Virus record (IMG/VR): IMGVR_UViG_3300032284_002843
Location: 32,001 to 96,000 of that record
Length of the DNA: 64,000 bases
Strand: one strand, 5' to 3'
From: a virus
A program made the translations under genes and the position numbers. Positions 55,804 to 64,000 of the stretch are shown one piece after another. How positions within the stretch are numbered: position 1 is the stretch's first letter; each line of letters opens with the position of its first letter. The notes under the pieces were generated by a model. The model made no database searches, was not told where the DNA came from, and saw only the letters and a program-made list of their open reading frames with translations.

Positions 55804-56982
55804 ATGAAATACAAATTTCCACATATTGATCATTTGGATCAAGTTCGCCCTGTTATCCAAGATGTTGAGGGTTTTATCTTGGCTGAAAAAGATTGGGGTT
55901 GGGTAGCCAACTATGTCCAAATGGGTCCTCACGTTTTTCCAGAGGTGCAAACCGAAGCTGACGCTATTCGGCGGGAATGCAGAGGCTTGATCTTTTCTAA
56001 GAACGGGCAACTAATCAGTCGTCCGCTACATAAGTTTTTCAACATAGGCGAGCGCGAAGAGACTCTGCCTGAAAAGATCGATTTGTCTCAGCCTCATGTT
56101 ATCCTAGAAAAGCTTGACGGTAGCATGGTTCGTCCTATTCCGTTCGAAAGTGCATTTCGCCTTGGAACCAAAATGGGTATCACCGATGTCAGCATGCAAG
56201 CCGAGGTATGGCTGGTTGATCATCCTAACTACAAGGAATACATCCAGTGGTGTCTTAGCCATAATGCCACGCCTATTTTTGAATGGTGTAGCCGTAAACA
56301 GCGTATTGTAATTGACTATCCTGAGGATAGATTAGTTCTAATCGCTGTGCGATACAACAAGACCGGTGAATACGAACCGTACCACCTGTTGCAGGCAGAT
56401 GCAGCGCAGTATGAACTTGACCTAGTTAAGACCTATCCTGGAACTGTAAGCAGCATGGAACATCTCATTGCAGAAACACATGACATGCAGGGCCAAGAGG
56501 GTTGGGTTATCCGGTTTGATGATGGCCATATGCTCAAGCTTAAGGCTAGTGAGTATGTGACTATCCATAAGGCCAAGGAGAACATCCTTCGTGAGAAGGG
56601 CGTAATTGAAATGTTGCTTGACGAAAAGAGCGACGATGTTAAGCCTTTCCTTATCGAGGAAGATCGCCGGCGTCTTGAAGAATACGAAGATAAGTTTTGG
56701 CATGGAGTTAGTCAAACTATCGAGGACTGGAAGAGAGTCGACGCAGACATGCGTGTTAAGTACGCACGCGATCAGCGTAAGGAGTTTGCATTGAACGATG
56801 CAAATACATTGGATTCTTTTTTAAAAAGCGCAATCTTCAAAGCTTGGGATAATCCCAACTATAACTGGCGTGAAGCAGTGTTAGGCCGTATACGTTTGAA
56901 CTTGAGTAGTCAAGCTAAGATTGACGAGATCAGACATCTGTGGTCCAACGTTAAATGGACGATGACTGACGAACTTCCGTAG
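55804..56982 (+). CDS. rnlA: T4 Rnl1-like RNA ligase
   Basis: ECRGL.F, KFFN, EKLDGS, FE, EGWV, KLK..EY...H. Confidence 0.92.
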   Translation: MKYKFPHIDHLDQVRPVIQDVEGFILAEKDWGWVANYVQMGPHVFPEVQTEADAIRRECRGLIFSKNGQLISRPLHKFFNIGEREETLPEKIDLSQPHVILEKLDGSMVRPIPFESAFRLGTKMGITDVSMQAEVWLVDHPNYKEYIQWCLSHNATPIFEWCSRKQRIVIDYPEDRLVLIAVRYNKTGEYEPYHLLQADAAQYELDLVKTYPGTVSSMEHLIAETHDMQGQEGWVIRFDDGHMLKLKASEYVTIHKAKENILREKGVIEMLLDEKSDDVKPFLIEEDRRRLEEYEDKFWHGVSQTIEDWKRVDADMRVKYARDQRKEFALNDANTLDSFLKSAIFKAWDNPNYNWREAVLGRIRLNLSSQAKIDEIRHLWSNVKWTMTDELP

Positions 56983-57035
56983 TTGGCATTGACTTTTATA
57001 TCTACTATAATAAAATATACGATATAGAGGGACTC

Positions 57036-57281
57036 ATGCCAACTACAACTTTTCCAGTTTTAATAATAACCATCTTAATTTTTACTGTGGCATTTAGTAT
57101 TAGCATTTGGTTCGGTATATTTCTTGCATTTTGGTTAATTGCAAGCATCACCTGGGGTTGGTATCAACAAAATAATAATACAGAGGGCAAATGGTATGAT
57201 TGGATAATAGGTTTGCCTGTTTTGGCGTTTGCGTTCCTCTATACAATCTTTTATTATTTAGGAAAATCTAATGACAAATAA
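57036..57281 (+). CDS. Small membrane protein
   Basis: 2-3 hydrophobic helices; own promoter and GAGG RBS. Confidence 0.65.
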   Translation: MPTTTFPVLIITILIFTVAFSISIWFGIFLAFWLIASITWGWYQQNNNTEGKWYDWIIGLPVLAFAFLYTIFYYLGKSNDK

Positions 57282-57555
57282 GTCAAAAGAAAAAGTCAAT
57301 GGATTAACCAGTGTTAGGCTAAAATGGTATCGTACGGATAAAACCATACAAAAAAAGTACAGAAAGACTATTATTGAAAATCTACGAAATATGAAAGGTC
57401 TTAATGAACCAAGTCAACTTGTAAGCCATACAATATTTGTAGGCAAGGACTATTTTGGACCCAGCATATTTGTATACGGAAAAAAGGGCAGCAACTATTT
57501 TCATTGCGAATATTTCTCCGAAACCGAATGGAGCCCCTTATGCGAAATATCCTAG
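57271..57555 (+). CDS. Hypothetical protein
   Basis: Overlap-coupled ORF. Confidence 0.55.
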   Translation: MTNKSKEKVNGLTSVRLKWYRTDKTIQKKYRKTIIENLRNMKGLNEPSQLVSHTIFVGKDYFGPSIFVYGKKGSNYFHCEYFSETEWSPLCEIS

Positions 57556-58097
57556 AGCATCCTATAACCGACAAAGAAAGAATTGATACATTAGAAGACA
57601 TTAAGAATGAAATTTTAGCACAAGACACCGTTGGCGATTTGCGAGCAGCAATCGTTCAAGAATGCATTGACATGATAAAAAGTCACGGTGTTACTATACA
57701 ACTTGCTGCCGACGATTTAGCTAAGAATAAGATCGAAGCATTACAAACATGGTACAAAGAGCAACAGCACCGTGCTAGAGAAAATGTTCTCAGCACTTTA
57801 GCTTCGGCTGAGTTGAAACCCGGAATGTGGGCAGAATGGCGTAACGATCCCCCACCTATTAAATGCTCTAAAAATGGGTACGACTTAATACTATTAGCTA
57901 TTCTTGATGCATTAACGCAAGAAGGCAACGCAGCATGGGCCGGTGATGCTACTAGTTGTGTAGCTCAAATTGTAAGAGCACAACTTAACAGTAGAAAAAG
58001 ATTAATTTTAGCACTTGAACAAATTGCTCATACATCTTCGTCTGACTGTGATGACTTGCGCGACATTGCAATTGATGCTATAAACAACGAGAAATAA
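57540..58097 (+). CDS. Hypothetical protein
   Basis: GGAG RBS before ATG 57540. Confidence 0.65.
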   Translation: MRNILEHPITDKERIDTLEDIKNEILAQDTVGDLRAAIVQECIDMIKSHGVTIQLAADDLAKNKIEALQTWYKEQQHRARENVLSTLASAELKPGMWAEWRNDPPPIKCSKNGYDLILLAILDALTQEGNAAWAGDATSCVAQIVRAQLNSRKRLILALEQIAHTSSSDCDDLRDIAIDAINNEK

Positions 58098-58108
58098 CAG
58101 GATGAGCA

Positions 58109-58573
58109 ATGCCAAATTTATACATGTTGGTTGGAGTTCCAGGTAGCGGCAAAAGCACCTGGATCAAAAATCAAAATTTTGATAGTAATACTGTAGTCAT
58201 CAGCACGGATGACATTATTGAGCAGCGTGCTCGTGCACAAGGACTGACATATTCTGATGTTTTTCAGACTGAAATCAAATCTGCTACTGCAGAAATGAAC
58301 CGTATTCTTATGGATGCCGTTGCAAATAACAAGGATATTGTGTGGGATCAAACTAACTTAACAGTTAAATCTCGCCGTCCTAAGCTTGCACAAATTCCTA
58401 AAGAATACTTGAAAATTGCAGTATATTTTGCAACGCCTGCTGATGTTGAATTACAAAGACGATTGAATAATCGTCCCGGTAAAGTAATTCCTGCTAACAT
58501 TGTACTTGGCATGAAAAGCCAACTACAAATGCCTGCGCTAGATGAAGGGTTTGACAGAGTTCAATACGTTTAA
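58109..58573 (+). CDS. Polynucleotide kinase domain (AAA_33)
   Basis: GVPGSGKST, STD, WDQTN, R...R, EGFD. Confidence 0.85.
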   Translation: MPNLYMLVGVPGSGKSTWIKNQNFDSNTVVISTDDIIEQRARAQGLTYSDVFQTEIKSATAEMNRILMDAVANNKDIVWDQTNLTVKSRRPKLAQIPKEYLKIAVYFATPADVELQRRLNNRPGKVIPANIVLGMKSQLQMPALDEGFDRVQYV

Positions 58574-58621
58574 TTAACCATCCAAAAATTTGACATTGCA
58601 GCTAAATAAAATATGTGCAAA

Positions 58622-58801
58622 ATGTCGAAACGATTTTGGCTGGGCATTATAATCATAGTAGCTTTTTTTGCTGCTGGACATATTGGATTATTCATCGAAT
58701 CGTTTGGCGAAACACCCGTTGCCGGTGGAGCCGCATTTGGCGTAAGCTTTGTTGGTATTATAGGCGGCGTTTTGCGACTTTGGTCAGACCTGCTAGCATA
58801 A
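58622..58801 (+). CDS. Small 2-TM membrane protein
   Basis: Two hydrophobic helices. Confidence 0.55.
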   Translation: MSKRFWLGIIIIVAFFAAGHIGLFIESFGETPVAGGAAFGVSFVGIIGGVLRLWSDLLA

Positions 58802-58860
58802 TGTCATTGACAAAAGACTATAACCTGTTATAGTTAATAAGATTATAGAGTAAATAAATT

Positions 58861-59424
58861 ATGGGGCACACACTTATTTTAAATGCGGACTTTCTGCCGC
58901 TTAGTATTATTCCAATAAGCTCAATTTCTTGGAAAGATGCTATTAAAGTTTCATTCACAGGTCATGCTAGGACTGTAGAGTACTATGACAATTGGGAAGT
59001 TCATAGTCCTAGCATCTCTATGAAGGTCCCTGCTGTAATGGTCAGCGAAACTTACATCAAGAAGAAACACAGCGTTCGTTTCTCTCGTCAAAATCTTTTG
59101 ATTAGAGACAACTTCACTTGCCAATATTGTGAACAAAAGCTAAGTTCTATGGACTTAACTGTTGATCACGTTATTCCTAGGGTGAAGGGTGGTAAAACAC
59201 GCTGGGAAAACATTGTGTGTGCTTGCTACGTTTGTAACAGTATCAAAGGACATAAAAGTCATATGGTACCAAAACGTAAGCCATTTAAGCCAGATTATCA
59301 TCAGTTACTTGAGAATGCTAAGAAAATGCCTCTTAAGATTCCAAGTGAGAAATGGATTGATTATCTTGGATGGGATCCGTCTCTGCTTAAAGTGGTTAAA
59401 CCAGACCATTTTAATTTGACATAA
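58861..59424 (+). CDS. HNH endonuclease
   Basis: L.LNA..PL, RD.FTCQYC, TVDHVIP..GG..W.N.V.AC..CN..K. Confidence 0.92.
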   Translation: MGHTLILNADFLPLSIIPISSISWKDAIKVSFTGHARTVEYYDNWEVHSPSISMKVPAVMVSETYIKKKHSVRFSRQNLLIRDNFTCQYCEQKLSSMDLTVDHVIPRVKGGKTRWENIVCACYVCNSIKGHKSHMVPKRKPFKPDYHQLLENAKKMPLKIPSEKWIDYLGWDPSLLKVVKPDHFNLT

Positions 59425-59463
59425 GTTGATAAAACATGGTATGCTTGTAAAAAGGAGTATACC

Positions 59464-59760
59464 ATGTCAACTTCTGGACAAGAACAAAATACTGAAAGTC
59501 TTCAGTTAGCAGATTTACAAAATTTACTTGTAATAATTGATATTGCATGCCAGCGCGGTGCATTCAAAGGTCCTGAACTAAGTCAAGTTGGATCCGTGTT
59601 TGATAGAGTTTCAAAATTCTTAAAAAGTGTTGAGCCAAAAAATGAGCAACCGGTTCAACAACCAGAGCAGCCACAGCAAGCCCCTCTTGTAACACCTGTT
59701 CCGTCGCCTATGACAACAGCTTCAACACCGCCCTTTTCATTATTAGGAGGAAATTATTAA
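59464..59760 (+). CDS. Hypothetical protein
   Basis: IIDIA..RGAF...EL..VG motif; AAGGAG RBS. Confidence 0.75.
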   Translation: MSTSGQEQNTESLQLADLQNLLVIIDIACQRGAFKGPELSQVGSVFDRVSKFLKSVEPKNEQPVQQPEQPQQAPLVTPVPSPMTTASTPPFSLLGGNY

Positions 59761-60401
59761 TGAACGATTTCACAGGAATGACTAAACACGTTGGTGTTGT
59801 AACCAACACAGGTAAGAATGTCGTTGTAGTTTTTATGAGCCTTCCGGGTGATGAAAACAATGCACTAGTAGTAGATGTAGATGCTTTACCAGATACGTTT
59901 AATGAAAGTTTGCGTAGAATTGTAGAAAGCGAAGAAGGACAAAATGCAAAAAATCTTGCAGATGTACTTGGAAGAAGAATGAGTCCAGATGGCAGTAATC
60001 TTACACTTCTAAATAAATTCCACAACGCCGGCCGCTTGCAAAAGGTTCCAGTAGATTTGATTGCTATGACACCAAGAAAAGGTGTACGTTGGCCTCTGCG
60101 CGAAATTCTTAATGCCATGAAGCAACAAAAAGAATCATCTCCAGACGGATTTGATGATCTTGATCCAGAGACAAAAGCTGCTGTAGCTGCAGATTTGAAA
60201 AAGTTCAACGTTCATGCTAATAACATTCAAGGCGAAACGTCAGCAAATGCCAAGGATCAAGCAGTTGGTCTAATCAAGCAAGCAGAGCTTATGGAAGCAG
60301 ATGCACAGTCATTAAGAATGCGTGCATACAAGATGGATCCATCATTGAAGCCTGTTAAGAAGGCACCTAAGGCCAAAGCTAAAGAAGAAGCGTCTGAATA
60401 A
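59760..60401 (+). CDS. Hypothetical protein
   Basis: KHVG...VVVF..LP; AGGAGG RBS. Confidence 0.8.
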   Translation: MNDFTGMTKHVGVVTNTGKNVVVVFMSLPGDENNALVVDVDALPDTFNESLRRIVESEEGQNAKNLADVLGRRMSPDGSNLTLLNKFHNAGRLQKVPVDLIAMTPRKGVRWPLREILNAMKQQKESSPDGFDDLDPETKAAVAADLKKFNVHANNIQGETSANAKDQAVGLIKQAELMEADAQSLRMRAYKMDPSLKPVKKAPKAKAKEEASE

Positions 60402-60409
60402 ACAAATAT

Positions 60410-60439
60410 AAAAAAGGCTACATTAAGTAGCCTTTTTTT
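60410..60439. terminator. Bidirectional terminator between convergent genes
   Basis: AAAAAAGGCTAC-atta-a-GTAGCCTTTTTTT. Confidence 0.85.
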
Positions 60440-60788
60440 AATAACCCATCTGTTTTCTAACAGCAGTAGCAGATATTGATTCTATAGCCTCTCCGAGCTC
60501 AATTTTCTCAATTTTGTAACCAACATCTCTACCATAGAGAATATTAGTAATGTTTGGAACAAGAATTATTTGATATTTGCCAACATAATCTACTAGTTTC
60601 TCTTCGATCTTGTTCTTTACAAATTCAAAATCAAATGGATTCTTATCATCTGTACCGCCTGTGTCACGTACTGCGATTAGAACTTGTTCAGCTCTATTTA
60701 ATGCTTCTTTAAACAAAGCAAAATGCCCATCGTGGAATGGTTGATAACGGCCCAACATAAAGGCCGTTTGTTTTTTATTATCCCACAT
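60438..60788 (-). CDS. HxGH nucleotidyltransferase (cytidylyl/NMN-AT-like)
   Basis: GRYQPFHDGH, NPF, ISATAVR; TAATG-coupled to the upstream kinase. Confidence 0.85.
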   Translation of the reverse strand: MWDNKKQTAFMLGRYQPFHDGHFALFKEALNRAEQVLIAVRDTGGTDDKNPFDFEFVKNKIEEKLVDYVGKYQIILVPNITNILYGRDVGYKIEKIELGEAIESISATAVRKQMGY

Positions 60789-61213
60789 TAAAAAGTACCC
60801 CAATGATCTTTAAACATTCTTGCATAAGTTGTTGCATTGAGATCTAAAATCTTTGAATTATAGTATGTTGGAGGCTGAAATAACTTGTTTGTATCTTCAA
60901 ATCTACCTTCTTTAATAGTATCCATCCATATTAAAAAGCAAGGACCAAATGCTGCTCTAGTTTCTTCTGTTGGACAAACAAAATCTGCAATGGCTATATG
61001 TCCTGCTGCGTTTACTGTATCACACAACCATCCCATACGTCTTGCCTGTTCAATTCTATCGTCAGTTGAAAAGCTAAGATCCTTATTAATATTTGATCTT
61101 ACAGCGTCAGCATTCCAATGAACTGCTCCTGTAAGTTTAGCTAATTCAGTCGCTAATGTAGTTTTACCACTACCTGGCAAACCCATTATTAATATCTTTA
61201 ATGGCTTATTCAT
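60788..61213 (-). CDS. Adenylylsulfate kinase-like P-loop kinase
   Basis: GLPGSGKTT, D.VR..I..DL.FS..DR....RR, F.PP. Confidence 0.8.
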   Translation of the reverse strand: MNKPLKILIMGLPGSGKTTLATELAKLTGAVHWNADAVRSNINKDLSFSTDDRIEQARRMGWLCDTVNAAGHIAIADFVCPTEETRAAFGPCFLIWMDTIKEGRFEDTNKLFQPPTYYNSKILDLNATTYARMFKDHWGTF

Positions 61214-61998
61214 TTAATAGATTCCAATCGTTTCCAGTTATTCACAGTTTTTCCTTTACAAAACCAAACTAATACAGATTTTGGATTTAATCCTTGGTCT
61301 TTTGCCCATTTTGTAATATTCTTAACTTTAATTATTTCTTTAGTGATTACATTTTCTAAAATATGAACACGACTATTTTTATCTGCTATTATCATTCTAG
61401 ATTCTGGTTTTGTGTTCATACCATTTTTATCACCTATGTTATTACCCTTAGATTTAAAAGTTTTAACACGTTTTTTTATTGTTGCATTTGACACCTGTTT
61501 ACCAGGATTTGAATGTATCATTCTTTCTGATCTTCTTTTACGCTCATTATCAGATAAATTTAGTTTTTTACCTTTACCTGATTCACTTATCATAGATTTT
61601 ATTTTATCAGCTTTGTCATATCCATATATTTCTTCATATGTTTTACCTTTTTGAAATGAAGTCCATTTTTGTCTAGATTTTTTATTTTTCTTTCTATACT
61701 TGGCTGTCCAATGTTTGCTATTGTTTCCACCTGATTCTTCTTCCATAGATAAATTTGCCCATTCATTGCTATCAACGACATTCCATAATTTACTAAAATA
61801 TACTCCCCATTTTTTTATTTCCTCATTTGAAGAACATTCTTTTAATATAAAAGTATCAACATTATTTCCATGCTTCCTAATATGTTTTAACCAATATTTT
61901 CCAGAACCTTTATATTTAAATGGATCTTTACTTGTCTTTCCTAAATATTTGAGATTTGTTAGCTTATGAATTTTTACATATAGATAAATCATTTTCAA
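61210..61998 (-). mobile_element. GIY-YIG-like homing endonuclease
   Basis: IYLY...YLGKT, Y.GSG..W, AN; NUMOD3-like basic repeats; inserted just after thyX; very AT-rich. Confidence 0.8.
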
Positions 61999-62040
61999 CC
62001 TTGCATTGTACTAAAACTATTTAGTAAGGTATCCACTATC

Positions 62041-62730
62041 TTACAAATTATTTCCTTCTATATATTCATTTATTAATGATGCTAATGAAGGAAAATGTAT
62101 CATAAATTCTTTGGCCGCTGATATTGCAACTTCTCTATGTTCTTTTTGAGTGCTCTTATCACAACGTACTTGAAAATATGTAATCCAACTCCTGGCCGTT
62201 CCGTTCATGTAAATTCTAGACTTAGTCAGGCCTTCTGGCAAAATCGCTCTGGCTTGTTCTTTAGCTATTCCGTGATCAATAGCCCATTGATAATCAATCT
62301 TAGCTTGCTTAATATATTGTTCTTGAATCACCTTCCATGTTCCGTGCAAGGTTTTGTCGTCTGTTTCTATGCTATTTTGACGATTCTTAGTATCCTGCAA
62401 TCTTGCTTCTCTGGTAACAAATCCTAAGTCGTCAGTTGGGTCTGCATAGCGTTGGCTAAATTCTTGGAAGCTAAACGATCTATGACGCAATATTTGCCTA
62501 GCAATATCACGTGTTGTATCGATTTGCATTACAACGGTAACCATTTCAAATATACTGAAATGTTTATTTTTGATGCAATACTTTAAAAGCTTTTCTGAAG
62601 TTTCAGTGTTCATCTGATTGCTAGGATTTGATACCCTAGCACAATATGCTATGAACTCTTCAGCTGTGTTTATGTTTTCAATAAAAGGTTTGGTTATAGC
62701 AACTATCTTTGCTGTGTTATCATTTGACAT
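62041..62730 (-). CDS. thyX: Flavin-dependent thymidylate synthase
   Basis: ARVS, H.S.FE, RHRSFSFQEFSQRY, KEQAR..LP, Q.EHR. Confidence 0.96.
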   Translation of the reverse strand: MSNDNTAKIVAITKPFIENINTAEEFIAYCARVSNPSNQMNTETSEKLLKYCIKNKHFSIFEMVTVVMQIDTTRDIARQILRHRSFSFQEFSQRYADPTDDLGFVTREARLQDTKNRQNSIETDDKTLHGTWKVIQEQYIKQAKIDYQWAIDHGIAKEQARAILPEGLTKSRIYMNGTARSWITYFQVRCDKSTQKEHREVAISAAKEFMIHFPSLASLINEYIEGNNL

Positions 62731-62766
62731 ACATACAATATGTCCAAGCACAGAGATTTAGTCAAC

Positions 62767-63141
62767 TTACCCTTTTTTAACTTTTGATGATTTCTTAGTT
62801 ACTGGTGCTTTTTTTGTTCTTGTTTTTTTAGGTGTAAGATTAATTGCTGGAAAATTTTCTTCGATTGATGCAATCAATAAAGTTGACCACTTGTTTACAT
62901 CTCGTTTGATTCTAGTAAAATCAATACTTACTGAACAATGCTGAATTTCGCTTTGTTCGGGCGGTATCGTCTTTTCTCTAGCACATAAATCTGCAAAATC
63001 ACTAGCCGATAGTTTATAACTAACTCCGGTTTTTGTTACAACAATTGCATCTTTAATATACCTAGTTGGTGGTTCTGTCTCAAGGACAAGGCTGTCTATG
63101 ATCTCGTCCCAAATGTCTGTAGAGGATTTTGCCTTTGGCAT
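62767..63141 (-). CDS. Hypothetical protein
   Basis: W..I....PP..YI; Lys-rich tail; TAAATA upstream. Confidence 0.7.
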   Translation of the reverse strand: MPKAKSSTDIWDEIIDSLVLETEPPTRYIKDAIVVTKTGVSYKLSASDFADLCAREKTIPPEQSEIQHCSVSIDFTRIKRDVNKWSTLLIASIEENFPAINLTPKKTRTKKAPVTKKSSKVKKG

Positions 63142-63194
63142 ATTATTGATCTCTCTAAATATTTCACTATTATTTATCATTAAAGTGTGCTCCT

Positions 63195-63878
63195 CTATAC
63201 TTTTACATCAGGGTATTGTTGCATGAAAAATGTTTTTAACCATGCAAAATCATTTATACTTGATATGTGATCTACAGACGAAAAACAAAACTTTTCAGCA
63301 TCTTGATATCCCTTGTATCCCCAATGGGAAAAATCAGCATATTTGCTTGGATTTTTCCATCCTTCTAATCTGTTTAATGAATCAGTATCATTGGCGTTTT
63401 TACTCAAGTTAAAAAATAACTTAATTACTTCTCTAAATGTGCTTTTCCATGTTTCATACGGGGAAGAATTAAAAATAGTTGTAGCAATTACATTATCTAC
63501 TATTTTTATTTTGTCAAAACTTGTGGTAAAATCTAACCAGTTTTCCTTACGTGATGACAATAAATCTCGTGGCCAGAGCTTTACCGACCCATACCCATAA
63601 ATTAGAGAATTTAACTGATTTCTACTTAACCATAAATGAATATATTGTTGATCCCACTCAGCAGGGATAAAAGAAAAGTCCCAGGTGTCGTCTACAATCG
63701 TGTCGCCATCTACAGTATAAAACATTTTGGTAAATGATTGTTGGGCACACTTATAATGTGCATTGGCAATGCCTGATATTTTATGTATACGTCTTGCCTG
63801 TGGTATTTTTGATTTTAAATTTTTCCAGTTATCTTCAGCATTCGGCTCTTCATAACTGATAAAGAATACATCATACAT
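63195..63878 (-). CDS. GT-A-like glycosyltransferase
   Basis: DVFFISY.EPNA, G...AH, VDGD (DxD), N.L.YGYG.VKL, FRE..KL. Confidence 0.65.
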   Translation of the reverse strand: MYDVFFISYEEPNAEDNWKNLKSKIPQARRIHKISGIANAHYKCAQQSFTKMFYTVDGDTIVDDTWDFSFIPAEWDQQYIHLWLSRNQLNSLIYGYGSVKLWPRDLLSSRKENWLDFTTSFDKIKIVDNVIATTIFNSSPYETWKSTFREVIKLFFNLSKNANDTDSLNRLEGWKNPSKYADFSHWGYKGYQDAEKFCFSSVDHISSINDFAWLKTFFMQQYPDVKV

Positions 63879-64000
63879 TTCTTAAGGCCGTAAAATGACT
63901 TATTAATTGCGGACTCATACACTGCCTAGGAGTATTGATAAAAATTCTTTTAACAAACTTACTGGTGTCGGCGTCGATATCAGCTATATCTAATCCGAGA
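63871..64000 (-). CDS. C-terminus of a gene entering from the window edge
   Basis: LGLDIADIDADTSKFVKRIFINTPR...RNV-stop, overlapping the next start (ATGTATGA). Confidence 0.6.
   Translation of the reverse strand, partial: LGLDIADIDADTSKFVKRIFINTPRQCMSPQLISHFTALRNV

Noticed and set aside
60780-60803. Frameshift splitting a kinase-nucleotidyltransferase fusion
   Set aside because: A clean TAATG stop/start overlap gives two complete domains; normal translational coupling.
44-63600. Many 60-170 aa ORFs antisense to or nested in real genes (e.g. 44-370, 5594-6040, 7114-7635, 37835-38410, 59708-60208)
   Set aside because: Shadow ORFs without RBS or motifs, overlapping well-supported genes.
1-64000. 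Genome-wide UAG reassignment (code 15) suggested by the CUA tRNA
   Set aside because: Long conserved genes are complete in code 11 and several end at TAG at their natural C-termini. Recoding elsewhere in the genome cannot be excluded.

Overview
A gene-dense, AT-rich 64 kb segment of a large T4-related (jumbo-type) tailed phage. Several genes point to an alphaproteobacterial host (inference from the RpoD-like sigma factor, CCA enzyme, hemO-pcyX and promoter shape). It holds a family B DNA polymerase, sliding clamp, ligase, RNase H, UvsE, ThyX, a holin/spanin cassette, a tRNA-repair set (Rnl1, PNK kinase, 3'-phosphatase, CCA enzyme), probable anti-defence enzymes (Acb1-like, NADAR), MoxR/vWA, radical SAMs and homing endonucleases. 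The leading candidate for a new system is a 7-deazaguanine DNA-modification locus (FolE, QueD, QueE, DpdL-like, DpdA) with no QueC/QueF in the window and a GT-B glycosyltransferase translationally coupled to dpdA. Also notable: an amber (CUA) suppressor tRNA followed by a UAG-interrupted leader ORF spanning a terminator; two mini-proteins resembling separate pieces of the portal protein; three genes broken by +1 frameshifts at slippery/rare-codon sites; late promoters nested in RBS-occluding hairpins; and many apparently leaderless genes. All family calls rest on motif recognition by eye; no database searches were run.
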